A DNA stretch of 64,000 nucleotides, taken from positions 1,019,561 to 1,083,560 of the forward strand of contig BFEA01000021.1 in NCBI GenBank assembly GCA_003427395.1, in the 5' to 3' direction. A program made the translations under genes and the position numbers. The notes under the pieces were generated by a model, which saw nothing but the letters and a program-made list of their open reading frames with translations, was not told the origin of the DNA and ran no database searches. Positions 1 through 12,987 of this stretch are shown here, one piece after another. The DNA comes from Chara braunii. Taxonomy: Eukaryota; Plantae; Charophyceae. The number at the start of each line of letters is the position of its first letter. The stretch's first letter is position 1.

Positions 1-43
1 TATCTCTAGGTGGCGGGCGCCAAGCTTGCCCAGGAAGGTGCAC

Positions 44-114
44 GAGGCCAATGGGGATTGAACCCAAGACCTCCTGAATGCCACTTGCGTGCCTTACGAA
101 CTGAGCTAGGCCCC
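44..114 (-). pseudogene. tRNA-derived sequence (tRNA pseudogene or SINE head)
   Basis: Reverse strand: GGGGCCTAGCTCAGTTCGT...GGGTTCAATCCC.ATTGGCCTC. A-box, B-box and acceptor-like pairing present; anticodon arm degenerate. Confidence 0.65.
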
Positions 115-138
115 TGGATAGATGCATTTTTCTACCTA

Positions 139-243
139 CCGTCTTCACCCGAATATAACGCCCAGTCATTATCGCTTCATCTGGACCAAAAGTTGTGCCA
201 AATACAGCTATAATGACGGGGCGTTCTATTCGGGTGAAGACCG
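139..243. mobile_element. MITE, CCGTCTTC-TIR family (Tc1/mariner-type, TA-flanked)
   Basis: ~25 bp TIRs CCGTCTTCACCCGAATATAACGCCC / GGGCGTTCTATTCGGGTGAAGACCG with TA on both sides. Relatives at 5609-5713 and 15904-16446, partial at ~30880-31120. Confidence 0.8.
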
Positions 244-248
244 TAGGG

Positions 249-362
249 CATACTCACACTAGCACGTTTTTACTTAATTCTGGAAGGGATTGCGGCCAGA
301 TGCATACAGGTCCTGCCGTACATTCGATTAGATACATTTAAGATCGTGCTAGTGTGAGTATG
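249..362. mobile_element. MITE with CATACTCACACTAGCACG TIRs (PIF/Harbinger-like)
   Basis: Perfect 18 bp inverted repeat at 249-266 and 345-362. Related half-sites near 8460, 20490 and 41795. Confidence 0.7.
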
Positions 363-962
363 GACTGGGAGCATCACCCAGCTTTGCAAATCTTTGTTTT
401 TTTGTTTTTTGTTTTTCGGTGGGGGTGGTGGAGTGATTACTGACAAATTTGTATCCAGTGCTTCCTGTGTCTACGCAGTACATCCACAAGCTCCGACTGA
501 AGATTTTGTCTGGGTACCTCTATAGCCTGAACTGCTTCTTCAACACCAGTCGTGCCAGCTCAGCATAGCTGGCCTGTGCGGTATAGCCTGCTATGAGGTG
601 CTGGGCACTAGAGACAACAAAAGTGTGTTTCTCGCGCATGTCAATCAAGGAACTGCATGCAGTCTTTCAGGGTTACCATTACTCTACAATATTTCAACAT
701 AGTTCTTTATCTTTGCCCAACATGAGGTTCTGGAGTCGGGCGGGGGAAGGGAGTGCAGAAATTAAACCACCAGTACTTGGCCCAGCTATCAAGCCCACAC
801 CTCAGCTGACCTGTACGCCTATCCCTGCCGAGGCCAGGATTACCGGGTGTTCAATTCCTGGTGGACCTACTCTTGAAAGATACGCATCAAATAATCCAAC
901 GAAGTAGTACTTAGGGTCAAATCTTGAAAAAATAGAAAAAAAAAAAACAAGAAAAAAACAAG

Positions 963-1030
963 AGCCTAGCTCAGTGGGTACACCCATGAACTGTTGAAAT
1001 ACAGACCTGTGTTCGAATCCAGATGACGGA
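963..1030 (+). pseudogene. tRNA-derived SINE-head-like sequence
   Basis: CTAGCTCAGTGG (A-box) and GTTCGAATCC (B-box) at tRNA-like spacing; no intact cloverleaf. Confidence 0.5.
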
Positions 1031-1120
1031 ACTCTATGAGAAAAACCAACTACTAATGAATTGCTTGGGGCCGGTCAGCTCAATGACAATATCTCAAGGC
1101 GGTCGCCGTTAAAAAAAAAA

Positions 1121-1160
<40 letters not shown>

Positions 1161-1216
1161 TCTTCTTTCAAAAAGAAAATTGAAGAAACGAACAACTTGC
1201 TTTCATTCCCGCGCGG

Positions 1217-1273
<57 letters not shown>

Positions 1274-1477
1274 GGCAACTGCACGGAGGGCCATGGCAAA
1301 TTCACCGCCCGTCTCTCTCTCTCTGTGCCATGTTTTAAAGTCCAAAACGAGAACGACTCTTCCCGCTTTCCTGGGAAGATGGTATCATTTTGATGGGTGT
1401 TTCTCGATTGACGGGTGTCATCCTCTTGTGCAGGACCTTGGGCACTGGGCCCCTGTTAATAAAAAGGAGAGCACTTG

Positions 1478-1516
<39 letters not shown>

Positions 1517-2878
1517 CATGGATGACCAATTTCTATTTTCAGCTTGCGACATTCATTTCCATCTTCTACCTTTTTAGCACTGCGCCTGAAAAAAAAAAAA
1601 AAAAAAAAAGAGAAACGAGAAAAGAAAAAAACTTGGTGGCCCTCAAGAGGCTCTCTACCTTCCACGGCCGAACACAAAGGGCCTCGTTCGACACCACTTG
1701 AAAATACTTGAGTTTCTAGTGCGCACTAAACGGGAAATTTCGATTAACTTTACACTTGAAACTCCATTTATAGTTCCATGTACACTTCAGGAAACCCTTG
1801 AAACAGCCTGCACACTTGAACCCAAACTCCACGGCTTGCTGACCAATCCTAAGACCAGGATCCCCTGCTGGGAAAAAAGAAAGACGAAAACAAGGGCCCC
1901 ACTTGCCAATGGAGTGCTGGCGGTATCCGCTGGCCGCTGAGCTCAAGGCTCCCTGGAGAGTAACCTTGAGCTCAAGTGTGAATTTTTGCCCCGGCCGCAC
2001 TTGAGTAGCGAGGGCTGGCACTAGAGAGCCGGAAAGTAGAAACAACTCCACCGCCACGTTAGGGTGGGGTCGAATGAAGAATTTTCCTTCAACCCTTAAT
2101 TTCAGGTTGCGTTGAATGAGGCCCAAAGCCCAATGCATCAGAATTGCATTTGGACCAGATCAGGGTTTCTATACATTCACAATGATGGGCCGTTATGTGC
2201 TGTCCGAGGAAGTAGTAGTACAGTACTATGGGTCTCGCCGCATGGCACACGAAACGAAAACGAAACAAGTGCATCTGCCCACCAAAGGTTGAAAAATACA
2301 CTCGTTACTATTGATAGCAAACCGATTAACCTGGCCATTTGCTGTGGGAAGATACATTCGTTTTGTTTTTCGTTTCGTGTGCCGTGCAGCGAGGCCCTAT
2401 CTCTGACTACTCTCCTGCTTTCACTACTCGTGATTGGGTTGGGAGTCTCCTCCTTTCTTCTTTTTTTTTTTTTTTTTAAATGACCAGGGGGGAGGTCCCA
2501 CTAGCAAAAAGGATTGGATAAATATCCTGAATCTGGACGTGTTTCAAGCAGAGATGCAGAAAAGCAGAAGTATGGCAACCATTCTGCACCTGTCCACAAT
2601 CAAGTCCAGATTCAGGCGTTCAATGCAATCCTCTTTGCTAGTGGGACCTCGCCCCGGGTGTACTATGCAAGTTCTTTTCGTTTTTGTTTGAGAAAATCTG
2701 CCAGGCCTTATTATTGTGCTGCTTCCCACAAATATAGCCTTTGTCATGTGATAAATATAGAAATAATTTAAATGCCTTTCGTGTTGGGCACATGATGACG
2801 ACTGCTCTCGAGATCACTAATTACCAAAATAAAAAAATAAAAAAAAAGAGAGAGAGAGATCACTTCTCATCTGTGCCT

Positions 2879-2937
<59 letters not shown>

Positions 2938-3207
2938 ACTACTTATCTGTGCTGCGCGGTTCCTCGTAATATACTACTACGATAATAATGATAATAAAAA
3001 AGGCCTGGAAGGCCGTCCTGTCCAGATTTGACAGGTATTTGAATTGGTTGGGCTTAAAAGAAAAGAAAAGACAAAAAAAAGAGAGAATTTTTTTTTTTTT
3101 AAATGATGTTCGACTCCTGACAGTTGTGATCACCCCCCTTTTCGAACTTTTTTTTTTTTTTTAATTCTGACAAAATGTCTTACCAAAAAAATGATGGAAC
3201 AATTCCG

Positions 3208-3254
<47 letters not shown>

Positions 3255-4112
3255 AGAAGAAGAAGAAGATGGAATGGAGGCCGGAAACAATATTATTTTT
3301 GCACATAGTGGAAATGCTCCTGTATGAGGGAATATTATTACGGAGGGGGGGAAGGTTCTGTCCGTCAAAGAGATTCCGGCACAAATCCAACATGTTATGG
3401 TTGGCCCCTTGGCACTGCTGGCCCAGGGCCCAACACCCACATCAGTTCAGTTGGCAGTCCCATGACAGGGGAAAGAGGGTACCAGGAGAATGACGCTGAC
3501 TCGTACACCGTCAGGTAGAACGAGGCTGACTCGTACACCGTTAGGTTTTTTCTTTATATTCACAAGTGGACCAGCTGCAGCACAGGAGAGGGGCAGGAGG
3601 AGAGGAAAGGGGGATACTCGGGAGACGAAACAACGAAGAAATTACGAAGCAGGGGAGGGAAAAAAAAGGGCAGCACTTCCTGTCTACTCATTGACTATCA
3701 CGGCATAGGAATGAATCCAGTAGCCGAAAAGGCAAAAGAAGATGTCCGTTCTGTAGAGGACTGCAGGCATTCATTATAGTACTGCAGAAATGGTTTAGGT
3801 GTGAGGAGTTGGTTGAGCGGCTGTCCGCACATCTATGATGCATTGTCAAGACCGAGTTCAGTTTTTGCTAAAAAATAAAGGAATCAACAATATTAATTTC
3901 AATAATATTTCCGAGAGAATTGATCGCGGAGGAATAGACGCCATGTGTTTGTGTTCTGGCATCCCTTTTTATACTCCCCCTACGCTCTTCTTACTTCTCC
4001 CCCATCCCATCCATTCTTCAATTCGCTCTGCTATTCCTCCCGCATGTTTTCTCTGTCCCTCCTTGTTCTGTCCTCTGTCCTGTTACAATCCTTCTTGCGC
4101 ACGCGCGCACTG

Positions 4113-4175
<63 letters not shown>

Positions 4176-5220
4176 CCAGGCTGTCTCTTATATTCTCTCT
4201 TTCGTACTTGACTCTTGTACCATGTTACAATCCTGCTCCCTGATGGTCTTTTGCATGCTCGTCTGTCGTCGTACTCGCCTTCCATCTTCCACTTCTCGCC
4301 TTCCCCTTCGTTGTCGTGCTTTTCCTCCTGCTCGCGATCCCTGTTCTCCCGCCTATCGTCTTCCCATTCATCCTGGCATTCCTCCTCACTGTCTGTCCTT
4401 TCACCCCCCCTCTTCCTCCTCCTCCTCCCCTCGTCATCCTGCCCTTCCTCATACAGCTGCTCCTCCTGCCACTCTTCCTCCAGTGCGTCGTCAACCTCCT
4501 ACCACTTTGTCCCCCTCCTTCCCCTCCTCCAGGTCGTCGTCCTGCCCCCGCTTCTCCCGCTGAATGAATCTTGCACTCGAACATGGAGAGATACACAGCC
4601 ATATTTTTTTGTCTTCCAGTTCGTCGTCCTCCTGCCCCTCCTCGCGCTCATCATCCCGCTGCTCCCCCTGCCGCTCCTCCCGAGAGAATCTTCTGGTGGA
4701 ACATCGGAAGATAGTTCAAGATACACGACCATATTCTTTCGTCTTCCAGTTCGTCGTCCTCCCCAGCCCCCTCCCCCTCCTCGTGCTCTTCATCCCACCC
4801 CTCCCACTGCTGCTGCTCCAACGCACCCTGATAGTGAATGTATTGAAGCCATGTTACTGGTCAGGTACAGCCAAAATGTGGAACATTGTGTTCAGGGGAA
4901 GACCGTAGTGCTGATCTTAGCTTCCGTAAGGAGGAGGTTCTTTCGTCACTCCGAAGTTGACCCAAAAAAACAAAAAAACATACAAAAGTTGAAAAAAAAA
5001 CAAAAAAACATACAAAAGTTGAAAAAAAACAAAAAAAACATACAAAGAAAAAACAAAACCTACAAAAAACAGAAAAAAAAACAAAAGAAACAGATGCACA
5101 GCCATGTCAAAAAGGGTGCAACCACATTGCTCCAAAGTTTCAAGGAGCCCGTCCGTTATATTATAGAAGGTGGCAACAAAATATATATATATATAGAAGG
5201 TGGCAACGAATCGGAACTAA

Positions 5221-5721
5221 AACCACCAGTACCTCCACGTTTTCAGACCGTTATATTACAGAAATGGGCTGCTGCAACTATTGGTGGGGTTGGGCTAATG
5301 AACCAGCGTAGCTGGCGGCGCCAGCCAAAAGACGGCCTGCGCCAGTTCACCCTTTTTTTGGTGCGGAGCGCATCTCTTTTTTTTTTTTTTCTTTTTTCTT
5401 TTGGTGCGGAGAGCATCTCCAGGGTCAGAAAAAAAAAAAAAAATTGTTGGCCAAAGGCACTGGCGATCTAACGAGCGCTGCGAGTTTCAGGACTCGGCTA
5501 CTGGAGCAAAATGGCTGGCGGCACCAGTTGAGATAAAGGTGCGCCGGTTCGGGTATCTTTGGCAAGCAGGGCGTTCGAGGCTCGGCAAGGGAAGGAATAA
5601 AAGTACTACCGTCTTCCCGCGAACACATCGGACCCTCATTCTGACTGTATCTGGCCGGAAACCTACCTCGTATACTTTCCTTTTCAGGGCGCGTTATGTT
5701 CGGGGGAAGACGGTAGTGGTT
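5221..5721. mobile_element. AACCACCAGTAC-TIR MITE with a CCGTCTTC MITE nested in its right TIR
   Basis: Left TIR at 5221. Right TIR AGTAC-TA-GTGGTT is split by the 5609-5713 insertion with TA duplicated. Confidence 0.7.
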
Positions 5722-8243
5722 TATAACTTAGCTCGAATTACTGCGATGGGGTCACGACTCGTGGGTATGTGAAAATGACATAGGTGCTCCTTTCTCGTTC
5801 CACATTCTTCCCTCCTCCTCTAGGGCTAAGGGTTTTTTTGAAGTGTCTCAGATCAGCTACTGATCGTTGCCAGGCCGTTCATGGCCCCCTTGATGCGTTT
5901 GAGTTTTTCAGAATTCTCAAGGGCGACGTGGCTGCCCGAAAAAGATATCACTGACCGAAACATTTTTGTTTTCAGCTGTTTTGAAGTCCTTTCAAATGAA
6001 GTACGCCTAGCCATTCATTTCATGTTGAAGCCTGCCCGTAACCCTGTCTGTCTGGTGCGTCATACAGTTTCTTAGGGGCATATAAGGATCACATCCATCC
6101 ACCCCCCCCCCCCCCCCTCCCCCCCCACGTGAAATAAAGGAAATCGTGTTACACCCATACATGAGCAACTTTCAGCTGACATGCAGGTCACAGAGCTTTC
6201 CTTTTTTATTTGCCACACAGCCACGGTGATTTATTTCCTTTTTTGGCAAGAACATTGGTTGCAATCATGGTGGTGTTGGCCTGCGTCTACATTGCATGCA
6301 TCCATGTCGACGAAAATACCTCCTGAAACAAGTCATTTTGCCTACCCCCGAGCCAAAAATGAATCCTACAGGCAGAGAAGAAGCAGATATTAATTATCCT
6401 TCCAGCTCACACCCCCCCAGCATTGGGCCCCCTTGTCCAGACCAGGGAAAAAGAGTCATTTTGCCTACCCTGAGCCAAAAGGAATTGTTTTTTTTTTTCT
6501 TTTCTAGGAACTTTCTTCTTTGCAACTCGTTTTTTTATTTTTTTTGGAACTCTTTTTCTCCACGAGTGTGGGAGCACCTCTGGTCTAGAGTCAGACCCCC
6601 CTGACAAACTGTCCTCCTGAAATTATCATGAACCTGACTGTTTTTACAACCATGTTCATGATCTCTTAGCACAAACATTGTACAAGTGGAGTTGGAACGT
6701 CTGGCCCCGGTAGTACCAAGTTTCATGCTACGAGAGCATGAACGATGGCCTCGTCTTTCTTTCTTCTTTTTACGACGGCCTCGTCTTTCTTTCTTCTTTT
6801 TTTAGGATCCCACTTTCTCACACCCCCACCGACTCTTCCTCTTCATGAATTCTCCCGGGCGCACCCCAACTCCCCCAGTCCCACCCCACTGTGAGCCCCT
6901 CAGGACCATCACCCTTCGACTATCGTAGTGCGGGGGCAACATGAACCAGGCCACTTTTACGGCCAGGTAAACATGAACATAAAGGACTGGTCGGTCCTTC
7001 CCCTTCCTCTCAATCTGTGATTCCCTAGGAAGTATACAGAAAATTCCGCTTGTTCAGAAGATTTATGGACGGCCACTACGGTCTACGGTCAGGACATTAT
7101 ACCCGCGCTGAAGAGGAAAGAGAGGACAAAAGGAAAGACACCCGTTTTCCAGCAGGTGTTTCTGGTTTTCTTCCTTGTCAAAAGGAAAAGCAATCACATT
7201 CGTTGCTTGGATGCCTCCATACACTTCCATACTTCGCTTTCGTGCCTTCATTTGCACAAAAAGCCTCCGAGAAAAGCAGCGTGATATCTCTTGTCGCCAC
7301 CCCTTTCGACCATTCTCCAGATATGGAACACCACCTTCGGTCCCAGTCTCCTCCATCCTGACCCCCGTGCTCCAACTTCAACCCCACCATCCGAAGCCTG
7401 GGCGGAAAAATAAACTGAAAATTTTTTGCCTTAGAAGGTCAATGTGAAAACAAAAAGAGCAAAATCCGAAAAAAAACGGAAAACAACTGCGTTGTGCAGA
7501 AAAATAAACTGAAATTTTTTGGCCTTAGGGTCGCATGGAAATTCTTTGCCAAGTTGAAAACAAAAACAGAAATTGTTACTATTATTAGTAATTTATTACT
7601 TTTTCATTTTAGGCCCGGCCGGGCAAGCAAGTCATTCCTGGCCACTCTGGCCGCAAATCATTTTCCGTATGGAAGGGGTCTACAACTGGCGCTGCGAAAT
7701 AGGCAAGAAAAGACAAAGTGGCGCCAGTGTCACGGTGTGGATTTCAAAATGTGCAAGACTACAAGAGGTCTAAAACTGCGGCAGTTTTTATCCGCAGTGG
7801 CACTTGGCAGATTTAGGGGCGCACCTTTCTTGCTCCATTTCGGGAGCTGCTCAAGTTACCTATATTCTGAGCGCTGCGTGTGACTCCAACGTACTTTTGC
7901 GGAAGTTTTGCCCGTACTAAAATAATATGTCAAGACTTGCCCTAATTTAATAACCCCCAGGTGCTAGTGGTGTCTGCTCTTATCAGCACCACTAACACTG
8001 GTGGGGGAGTTAAATCAAAAAATAATAATAATAATAACAATAATAATAACATGTCAAGACTGGTACCATCAACCACGCAGACAACCCATCCATGTTCCAA
8101 GCTGCCCTGACGGTAGAGTCTGCTACCTCCAAATCCTCGAGCCAAGCAAGGGCCTACTCATCCTGCGACTTGTTCACTTATTTTTGGGCGTAATTGCAGT
8201 CAGATGCACCCAGGCCCCGCTGTAGATGCAGTCGGATACATTA

Positions 8244-8446
8244 AACCACCAGTGCTTGGTCCAGCTATCGGCCGCGGCGCTTTCCCGTTAATGCGCCGCG
8301 CCTTTAGGGCTTCGGGGTACCGGACCACAATGGCTGGAAGCGCCAGCCAAAAAAATTTCAAGACGGTACCCCAGCGCTTCGGCGAAAATTGGCACGCAGG
8401 GGCATTCCAGGCTCGGCATCGATAGCTGGGCCAAGTACTGGTGGTA
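8244..8446. mobile_element. AACCACCAGTAC-TIR MITE with adjacent empty-site duplicate
   Basis: ~27 bp TIRs. The flanks recur without the insertion at 8483-8554. Other copies at ~765, 20934-21121 and 24525-24696. Confidence 0.88.
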
Positions 8447-9842
8447 TAAAGATGGCGCTAGTGTGAGGGCACCCTAAGTGCCCACCCAGGACCCGCTGTA
8501 GATGCAGTCGGATACATTAAAGATGGTGCTAGCGTGAGGGCACCCTAAGTGCCCCTAAAGCGGATACGAAACAGTCAAACACCCTAGCTACCCTCTTCAA
8601 CAGCAGGCCTATCCCATGCCATCCAAGAATTTGTAATGTGTGCTATGCAAGGCTGGGCGCAAGTAGGTGGGGTGCAAAAGGAACACCAACTGGTGTCGTG
8701 CAGGAGCAGCTAACCACCCCAATTGGAATGAGACCCACTAACCTCTCCATTTTGTGCAACACCTGCAGCACCTGAGCTCTGACCAACTGAGCCCGCGCAT
8801 TCCATGTCTTTTTTTTTTTTTCTTTTTTTTTTTCCACTATTTCTAACACTCTGGTGGTGGTCATCTACCCTGGAGGTGATAAGGGCGCCCTCCAGGGTCA
8901 GTGCCCTGCTGTAGATGGGGCCGGCCTCTTTATGATACGGGCACCCTCCAGGGTCGGTGGTCGTCTACCCCCTGTAGGTGTGGTCATCTACCCTGGAGGT
9001 GATAAGGGCACCAGCACATGCATGCCAGAAACTGGGTCCGGCGCCCCCATAAATCAAATGAATTTCCACAGTTGGGCAAAAAAGTACGACAGCGTTGATT
9101 ACCCTGGAAGACCCAGGAGATCGACTGCCTACTCCCGCACATTTTTTATGATAACTTGATAAGTGTATCACAGGACATCATTGACATCTTTCAAGACGCT
9201 GGCAGATGGACCGAGTGATTGAATGACATGGGAAAATCGTTTAAAATGCCCCCTAAAAGTTGGCGTATTTTTTTCAGATACCCCTACAGAAGAGGGGTAT
9301 AATGAAATGCCCCTGAATTTTACATCTGGTCCTGCCCGGCCATCCACAACTTCGCAATATGAACCTGGCTGTTCAGTGCTCGCCCAGGCGCGCATCCCTC
9401 TCGCCATCCGCCCCTCTATCCAGCAGACATCTTCTCTCCATCCCCCGGAACAACATTATGGCTCATGGAGTTCCGGGGTTCGGAATGGTGCTTGCGTTGC
9501 CTAGTACAGTGGTGGTTTACACCACCGGTACTCGAGCAAGGTAAACACTGTCCAGCACCGGCCTTTCACGGATGTGTACGCCTGCTAAAAGCATGAAAAC
9601 GGAGTGTTCCCCACCAAACTCAAATGCATTTCGAGTTCCGCCGAGTGGCTTAAAGGACCAATGTTCCCATGACCCGTCTTCCATTGTGTGAAGTATTTTT
9701 CACTTGTGGTTTCCCGGTTCTCACCTGCAGTTCCCACCCACCTATCTTGCCGATTACGTTGACAACATCAGTTCTTGCTGTCCACCCTTCCGTCCACGTT
9801 CCACAGATCCCGACATGATGTCCCACAAGTTCTTCCTTTGTG

Positions 9843-9975
9843 AAGTAATTCGATTCTTTCTGTGCTATTCATTTTTAAATGATGACCACATTCTTCACAG
9901 ATTAATTGATTTTGTTTAAGAAACTTTAAATATAGCATGCTTTTACAGTTGTCACATTGAAGCCATTGCCCTTTG
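9843..9975 (-). pseudogene. accD: Plastid-derived accD fragment (NUPT)
   Basis: KGQWLQCDNCKSMLYLKFLKQNQLICEECGHHLKMNSTERIELL is the C-x2-C-x15-C-x2-C zinc finger of ACCase beta-CT. AT-rich relative to flanks. Confidence 0.88.
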
Positions 9976-11276
9976 CTGCTAGGATCTGATTCTGGATATT
10001 TAGGTTCAGGTGTAGTGAGCAATTTCTTCCTGCTTGCCTTCCAGCCCAGCATCAGCACGCATACCTTATACTGCTACTTACCTTATTGCGTTGATCCACC
10101 TGCCTGCCCATTTGCAACTACCATCATCCCCCAAACACACCACACCCTTATAATGGATGCATACAAGCCATCTTTCTGGCCCAGTACGGTGATAATAAGG
10201 GTGCTTTACATTCGGGGGAAAGACAGTAGGGTCAACCCAGGCTAGAACGCAAACCATCACTAAGTTTCAGTAGACTGTGAGTGGTTTGGCCTGCATGAGA
10301 CCTTTACTTCTCGCATTTGTGCACGGGTTGTGCACGTCGTCGGCCATGTGTCAGAACTCCAATCATTCAAAACTCACAAACACACAGCGAGACTCACACC
10401 ACACTGTATAGACCCTAGTGTAGGTAACTGCGTTGAGATGAAATCATCGTGTTGCACAACACTTGACGCGCCAGACGGATTCTGCCCATCGCCTGTCCAG
10501 CTTCTTCAGGCATCATGAGTGAGTACCCAGGGCGGGAGGGTTCATAAGACAGCGTGGTGTGGAGACTAGACACGGCCAAGACGACGATGGACTTAAAAAA
10601 AGGGATAGAAAACCACACACACATCCTTAAATTCTCTTATAGGCCCAAACCTTGCAGCCTTTAGAATAGAAAAACATGTCACCTTCGTATCTTACTTCTC
10701 TGATAATTGTCTGGTCTTGAACCCAGTATCTGTAAAATTCCGCCCTTCTCTTCTTCTTCCTAAGCCTGCAGTCTTCGGAGTCGAACCCGTTACCTTCTTA
10801 TCTTAATTCTCCTCTCAGGACCTGATGTCTGCCCGATCTGCATCTGACCTTGAAACCAGTACTTGTGGAAATTCCACTCCTGTAGTAATCGTCCTTCCCA
10901 GGACTTGAACCCCGTACCCTCTTCCTACTATACCTTCTTTTTTTTTCTTTTTTTTTTCCTACTTCCTACTATACCTTTTACTTCATTTCACTCCAACTTG
11001 AAACCGCAGAGAAAATTGAAGAAACCATGCACAAACCCGGAGAAAACAGGCCGCTTTTTCCCGAGAGCATGAAGTTGATTGAGGTAGTGGGCCTTTCCCA
11101 CGTACCAAGTGCCAAAAAGTATGAATGTGATCGTTGTATCATTTGCATTTGTCTGCCATGAGCAGCACATTGTGTCATTCATTGTTGTCTGCCATAAGCA
11201 GCATACGGTATCATTTATCTTTGTTTGTCATGACCAGGCCCTGTCACGTTTCCCATGCTCAGTGTCTCTCTCTCTC

Positions 11277-11330
11277 GTAGGCAGAGAGGGAGAAGAGGAC
11301 AACAAACGAGGGGCTGTGACAAACTGTTTT
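11277..11330 (-). repeat. 3'-flank fragment of the hammerhead repeat family
   Basis: CGTAGGCAGAGAGGGAGAAGAGGAC.ACAAACGAGGGGCTGTGACAAACTGTTT nearly identical to 13016-13068. A further inverted fragment lies at 12583-12612. Confidence 0.8.
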
Positions 11331-11362
11331 TTTTGGGAATATCATATATATATAGTATATAC

Positions 11363-12332
11363 CATACCTGTGGCGCATCGCATGCAAGCGAGCTCCGCAG
11401 GTGCGGTGCACAGCGCACGTGCAAGCATGTGTGCGCACGTGATGCGGCGCACCCCAATAAATAGGGTTAAAAAAAAATTCGGAGAGGGCTGTGGCTGAGG
11501 TAGCCAATGATGCCCCTCCTGAAAAATCTAAGGGCACAGAAAAACAATTGGGCTCACGTATTCCTTGTTGAATAGTCTTTTTTCCCGAAGGACCCCAGCA
11601 GTGCATCTGCAAGGGTCCCACACTGCTGGGGTCCCAACATCTCAAGAGACGTTCAGCAAAGTTCGTGTCAGAGGCGGAGCAGGCCAGGATCATATGTTCT
11701 GGATCCGAAGTCAGGTCTGTTTTCCTACGAGCAGTTATGGGTTACAGGTTACAACTGCTTGCTACCGTAGCTCTCTTTCTTTTGTTTCGTTTTCCTACGA
11801 GCAGTGGCCCTAAGGGCCTTGCTCCACTCATCACTACTAGCACAAAAGACAAAACAGAACATATGGTGGCGTATGGTTCCATGTTCTAGAAGAAGATTCA
11901 TTCCTCTTTCTTTTGTTTCGTTTTCCTACGAGCAGTGGCCCTAAGGGCCTTGCTCCACTCATCACCACTTGCACAAAAGACAAAACATATGTCGTCGTAT
12001 GGTTCCATGTTCTAGCAGAAGATTCATTCTAGTTTTGGCACATTTGGTGAGTAGTGGAGGGAAGACCTGAAAAGCGCGTGGAAAAAAAAAAAAAAAAAAA
12101 AGAGTTGGCCTGCTAGGGCCCAGAAAATCGTGTGCTCACTGCTCAGTGGTCCCATAACTGCTGAAACAGGACACCATACATACTTGTGTGTCGTGACCCT
12201 AGCATGGGTATGAGCATTGCCTCACCGTGATTCATGGTGAGGAGGCCCTTGCTAGTTATCTGCAAGGCCCTCTCGGCTAACCCGCAGGGGTTTTCTTATT
12301 AATGTTAAGGAGCTATTGTCTGCTATTTGTTT

Positions 12333-12421
<89 letters not shown>

Positions 12422-12457
12422 CGCACCCGCGTGTTCTCGCACATCACAGCTGCTTTC

Positions 12458-12492
<35 letters not shown>

Positions 12493-12577
12493 TTCCTTTT
12501 TTTTTTCCTTTTTTTTGTGCATCGGTGACCAGCGCACCGCACCGCATGGCGCACCGCACACTTGCGCCGCAGGTATG
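11363..12577. mobile_element. Non-autonomous hAT-type DNA transposon
   Basis: 15 bp TIRs CATACCTGTGGCGCA / TGCGCCGCAGGTATG. 8 bp TSD GTATATAC / ATATATAC (7/8). Contains a ~130 bp tandem duplication (11771-12030) and (CT)n. Confidence 0.75.
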
Positions 12578-12987
12578 ATATATACGGTTTACCAGGCAGC
12601 TCTGTTTGACTATATATTTTTTCACAAGAGTATCAGAGCGCAAACGCGAACAAAAAGGAAAAAAGAAAGAAAAACAAGAAAAAATGAATTCAGTTTCTTA
12701 TCTTCTTCCTTATAACTCCCCCTGTTCACAACCTCTTGCATACAAGGCCGCCCACGTGGATGTAGGTTGAGCAGCGGCTGCCCCCACCCCCGTGTGTCAT
12801 ATCGACCCACTTGCACACAGCCAAAAGGCAAAGAGGCAAAGAAAAGAGGAAGGGAACAGCCAAATATAACAGAACAGGGGGCTAAAAAACAGATCCCAGA
12901 TGACAAGTCCCACATGCAAGCACCGCCCCAACACACACAGGCCAACGACGGGACAAGACCAACCAGGATGTCAAAACATTCTTGTAT

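Noticed and set aside
3835-5471. Long ORFs of 242 and 418 aa
   Set aside because: They arise from pyrimidine-rich low-complexity sequence, GA and A-rich repeats; no recognisable domain.
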